Assembly: GCA_964016885.1 (NCBI GenBank)
Contig: OZ024740.1
Span: 326,740,001 to 326,804,000 of the forward strand
Source: Eledone cirrhosa
Taxonomy: Eukaryota
Length of the DNA: 64,000 nucleotides
Reading direction: 5' to 3'
Below, piece after piece: positions 57,848-64,000 of the stretch (position 1 is its first letter; each line of letters opens with the position of its first letter). Below the pieces are notes generated by a model that searched no databases, was not told the DNA's origin, and worked only from the letters and a program-made list of their open reading frames with translations. The translations under genes were made by a program, and so were the position numbers.

Positions 57848-59523
57848 CAACATTATTTTAGAAATTAATTTAATTTAAATGTTAGTTAACCTATAAATTT
57901 AATTTAATTAAAATTTTATTACAGATCAGAATATAAAATATTATGTAATCATAAATTGTGAAAAACCTTTAAATATTACTAATATATACTTAGTAATTTA
58001 ATTTATAGATTAATTTTAATTTATTTAAACCTTTTATTATTTTTATTATAATTCTTTTACAGATAAAATATAACAAAATAATATCGTGTATCCAATGACA
58101 GAGAAATAATTTTTAGTATTATTGACCTAATTAATATACATTTTAGAAATATATTTATAATTTGGTTTTAGTTTTAATCAACCTAAAAATTTAATTTTAA
58201 TTTGCTTAAAATTAGTTTCTTTATACAGACGAATTGCAGAATGTCATGTAATCATAGAATGGGATGTGTTTTGGATATATACCTAGTTAATATATTCTAT
58301 GCAATTTTTTGAAAAATGATATGTATATGTATATGTGTATGTGTATGTGTGTGTGTATGTATATGTGTATATATGTATATATATGTGTATATATGTGTGT
58401 GTATATATATGTATATATGTATGTGTATGTATATGTATATGTATGCGTATTAATTTTGATTTCTATTTGCATATAATTATATTAATTTATTATGCTATTG
58501 ATGAAATACAATATCTGCTTTATGTATTGTATACCTAATTAACATATACTATAGAAATAAATATATAATTTTTAATTTAGTTAACCTATAATTTATATTC
58601 TACTACCGATGTACTACTTTATTTTATTTGTTTTTTTCCCTATTACTAATTTCATTTCCTAATATTGATACCATAACGTTATTAACTTTAATTTAGTTAT
58701 ACTGTAATTAATACTCTACTACTATTTAACTTCAAAATTCTGCTTCAAATATTATAAACCTAACTAATTTACACCTTAGAAATCAATATGTTAACTATCT
58801 TTGGTTTAGTTAACATATAGTTAATGGTATACTTGTTTATTTTGAGATGCATAGATTTTGCCTTAGTTTTTGTTTGTTGTATTTCCTAACACTGGTAATA
58901 TGTAAAAACATACATTGGATAAAGATACGGAAAATATTCTATGTTTCTTGAAACATATATTTACTTTGATCCCCTTCTCCAAACCCCCCCTTTCCCCCAT
59001 ACTATTATCATCTGTATTTGTAAGCGTCTATGTATGAATATATATGTAGGTAGGTGTCTATATAGGTTTGGGTATTTATATCTAAATATAAAAATACATA
59101 TATGCGCATGCAAATATGAATGTAAGATTGTGTGTGTATATATGAGTGTGTGTATGTATGTATATGTGTGTATATATGCATGTATATATGTATGTGTATG
59201 TGAATGTGTGTACGTATATGTGTATGTATGTGTATATATGTGTATATATATATGTATATGTGTATATATAGGAATATATATATGTATATATATATATGTA
59301 TATATATATATATGCGTGTGTATGTATGTGTGTGTATGTGTGTTGTATATATATGTATGTCTCTCTATTTATATGTCTATCTCCGTATCTATGTGATATA
59401 TGTGTGTGTATGTGCATGTATGCACATATATGTGTTTATGTGTATATATGTGTATGTATGTATATATGTGTGTGTGCATGCACACATATATATATGTGAG
59501 TGTGTATATGTGTCTGTGTATAT

Positions 59524-59572
<49 letters not shown>

Positions 59573-59636
59573 TGTCTATGTGTGAATATATGTCTATATT
59601 CATATGTGTGTATATGTGTATGTATGTGTTTGTATG

Positions 59637-59667
<31 letters not shown>

Positions 59668-59676
59668 GTATGTATG

Positions 59677-59712
<36 letters not shown>

Positions 59713-59839
59713 TATTATTTTTTATTATTATAATATAACTTATGTGTATGTGTGTATAAGTGAAGTTGTGTATATGTATATAATATGTGTATATATAAGT
59801 GTAAAAAAATATATATATATGTGCATGTCTGTTTTTTTA

Positions 59840-59874
<35 letters not shown>

Positions 59875-59997
59875 GCGTGTGTATATATATCTATATGTGG
59901 GTGTTTGTATGTGTATTTATGGTGGTATGAGTGTGTGGATATCTATGTATATATATATATATATATATATATGTATGATTGTATGTGTGTATATATG

Positions 59998-60029
<32 letters not shown>

Positions 60030-60407
60030 TATATGTATATGTGTATGTGTGTATATATATATCTCTATTAATGCGTGTGTGTATGTATATACATATGCCT
60101 TTTTATTATTATTTTATTTGTATGTCTGAGTTAGGTGAGGTTGTAGTGGTTTTTTATGTATATACGCATATATGGATGCGTATGTATTTGTATATATGAG
60201 TATAAGTAAGTGCATATGTATGTATGATTATATTTCTAATTCTATGTATGAATATACATGTATATATATGTGTGTATGTAAGTTGTGTGTGTATGTATGT
60301 ATATGTCTATGTGTGTATATATATATATATATGTATATCGGTGTACGTATATGTATGTACATGTATGTCTATGTATGTGTGTATGTATGTGTATGTATAT
60401 TTAGGTG

Positions 60408-60450
<43 letters not shown>

Positions 60451-60689
60451 ATATATATATGTATATATCTTTATTATTTATTTTTTTATATATATGTGTA
60501 TGTGTGTATGTGTTGCGTGTGTGTGTGTGTGTATATATATCTTTATATATGTGTATATGTATGTTCGTGTAGATGTATGGATGTCTATGACTTTATATGT
60601 ATGTGTGTATGTATGTATGCGTAAATATTTCTATATGTGTGTATATGTATGTATGTGTATATATCTGTATGTGTGTGTATGTGTATTTG

Positions 60690-60730
<41 letters not shown>

Positions 60731-60756
60731 GTTATATATATATATATGTATATGTA

Positions 60757-60797
<41 letters not shown>

Positions 60798-61358
60798 ATA
60801 TGTTTTTCTATTTGTATATGTATGTGTGTATAGGTATATACCTTTCTCTTTGTATTTCTATGTTGTGTGATAGTGTAGTGGTGTTTGTATGTATATACCG
60901 ATATATAGATGCGTAAGTATTTGTCTGTATGTATATATGTAAGTCTGTATATATTTGTGTGTATATATAGCTATGTATGTGTATATCTGTATGTATATTA
61001 GTATGTAAGTGTTGTATATGTGCATGTATGTGTGTGGTTATATATATCTGTGTCTGTATAGTATGTGTGATTATAGGTATATGTGTGTGTATATGTACGT
61101 GTATATACATATATATGTATATATATGTATATATATATATATATATATGTGTGTATATATATATGTATGTGTATTTGTATGTATATGTGTATATGTATGT
61201 ATGTGTGTATATGTATAGGTTTATATATGTGTGTGTATGTATGTTCTTAGTGTGGATGTGTGTATATGTATGTATGTGTTTATATATGTGTGTATATTTA
61301 TGTATGGATGTGTGAGTGTCTATGTGTATATATATGTATGTTTTTATATATATATATA

Positions 61359-61403
<45 letters not shown>

Positions 61404-62098
61404 ATATATGTGTATGTGGTATGTGTGTATATTTATTTTCTTGATATATTTCTTTTTTCTTTTTTCTTTTTTCTTTTTTCTGTTTTTCTTTCTATTCTTT
61501 CCTCCTTAATGTTTTATTTATTATATTTTATTATTTTATTTGTTTATTTTTCTTAGTTTATAGATACATTTATATTAGGCAGTCTACTCAGACCGTTGAA
61601 TACTGACCCCCCCCCCCTCCCACCTAATTTCTGTATCTTGATCTGAAAATGTGTGTGCCAGTGTTTTATGTGAGTGAATTAATATCCATGTGCTTATGAT
61701 TTTATATCCACATATATAAATGTGAGTGGGGGTGTGTGTGTGTTTGTATGTTCGTGGTTATGTGTATATTTATGCATATACGCGCGTGTATGTGTGATTG
61801 TACGGATATGTGTGAGTATGAAAAAATATATTTATATACTCAACTTCATAAGTGTCAATACGCATCTTATTTGTGCATTATAAACTCACAGAGACATTAA
61901 CCTTGAAATTTTGTATTTGCATCCATCCTTTTAGTATGCGTATACAAGTTATACATACATTTTTGTAAAATATGTGTAAGGGTTTTACATGTATATACAC
62001 ACACCGAACTGCATTTAACCCTTTGTGTTTTCATTGGTCAATTTTTGTTCCCAAACGGACCTGAAATTTTGAATTGTTGTTATTATCAATAAATATAC

Positions 62099-62253
62099 TT
62101 CATTATTTCTGAAGACGGCGTATATATGTGTTTGGTATGTATATTTAATCTTGATAATTTGTATAATTTTGTATAATTTTGTACATAGATCTGTTGAATA
62201 TGCATACCAATTCTAACACATATATATCCTAGAAACGATCGTTAAATAATGAA
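62099..62253 (+). ncRNA. Type I hammerhead ribozyme with ~115-nt stem II
   Basis: TTCATTATTT CTGAAGA cggcg TATATATGTGTT TGGTATG...CATACCA..AACACATATATA tccta GAAA CGATCG TT AAATAATGAA; 10-bp stem I, palindromic stem III. Confidence 0.8.
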
Positions 62254-62438
62254 CTTTTTTTGTTTAATATAAGGAATTGTTTATTCATTATTTGTTTAAT
62301 ATTTTATCTTGACTCTGTATACCGTTTATCTTTCACCGAAAGTGGTTTTTCATTACATCTCTTCTTTCCATGATATCCGGAATACATTGAGTTCTTCATA
62401 CGGATTGGACACTACCGTAAACTCTTGGTAGATTTATC

Positions 62439-63333
<895 letters not shown>

Positions 63334-63402
63334 ATATATATATATATAATATATATATATAATATATATATATAATATATATATATAATATATATATATA
63401 AT

Positions 63403-63519
<117 letters not shown>

Positions 63520-63862
63520 GAGACGTATAGAGATTGTTTTAGCAAGAAGCTAACGGCATTCTATAACATATATGCGACTATAATATATATGCGACTATAA
63601 CATATATGCGACTATATATATATATAATAGAATAATCGAGTATCGGAAAATCAGCTCACGAATTAACGATAAACAAATCCGACATCAGTGGCAGAGGGCT
63701 CAATAATTCAGATAAATAAGAGCTATAACTATCGTTAAAATACAAACAGACAAAGATTATGCCTAAAATCACCCATGCAGCCGAAAAAGAACGACCAGGA
63801 AGATTCGGGTCACTCAAATAAAATATCAATAAATCAATAATTTATATGAATGTAAAAAGCTT

Positions 63863-63998
63863 ACCCGGACCCACTAGAAAGGTGGTAAATCTAGCTTCTT
63901 GGGTTTCTGAAATTCCTTAATCCGTTCTCTATCAGCCCACATAAAAATATATAAGACTTCTAGGGAACGAATGGACCGGAAAAACTTTATCAACGGGT
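63863..63998 (-). ncRNA. Type I hammerhead ribozyme, U3-A8 core variant with long stems II and III (element continues beyond the window)
   Basis: Minus strand: ACCCG TTGATAA ag..TTCC..TTCGTTC...GAACGGA..GGAA..ca GAAA CCCA agaag CTAGA...TCTAG TGGG TC CGGGT. Confidence 0.75.
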
Positions 63999-64000
63999 TA

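Overview
Eukaryotic, very AT-rich, gene-free repeat landscape, probably from an octopus/cephalopod (inferred from the SINE sequences and extreme (TA)n/(CA)n/(TATG)n content). There is one 200-N assembly gap. No host protein-coding gene is supported, and most listed ORFs are microsatellite translations. The window is dominated by Penelope-like retroelements (PLEs: RT with YRDD, a CxCx5C linker and a C-terminal GIY-YIG, resembling the (TA)n-targeting 'Hydra' clade), mostly bounded by (TA)n. These include a ~22-kb tandem-plus-inverted array of a 7.2-kb unit with one intact 813-aa ORF, and three further elements with an inverted 5' copy of their own 3' end. Reading by eye gives 17 type I hammerhead-ribozyme folds from about 10 unrelated families. 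Three families carry a compensated U3-A8 core (UUGANAA), two carry a U4A core (CAGANGA), and several have very long stem II/III. One 595-nt non-coding unit begins at its own predicted ribozyme cleavage site (retrozyme-like). Also present are RTE LINE fragments (two with 5' inversions), a decayed mariner, SINEs and a cluster of near-perfect fold-back palindromes at (TA)n.
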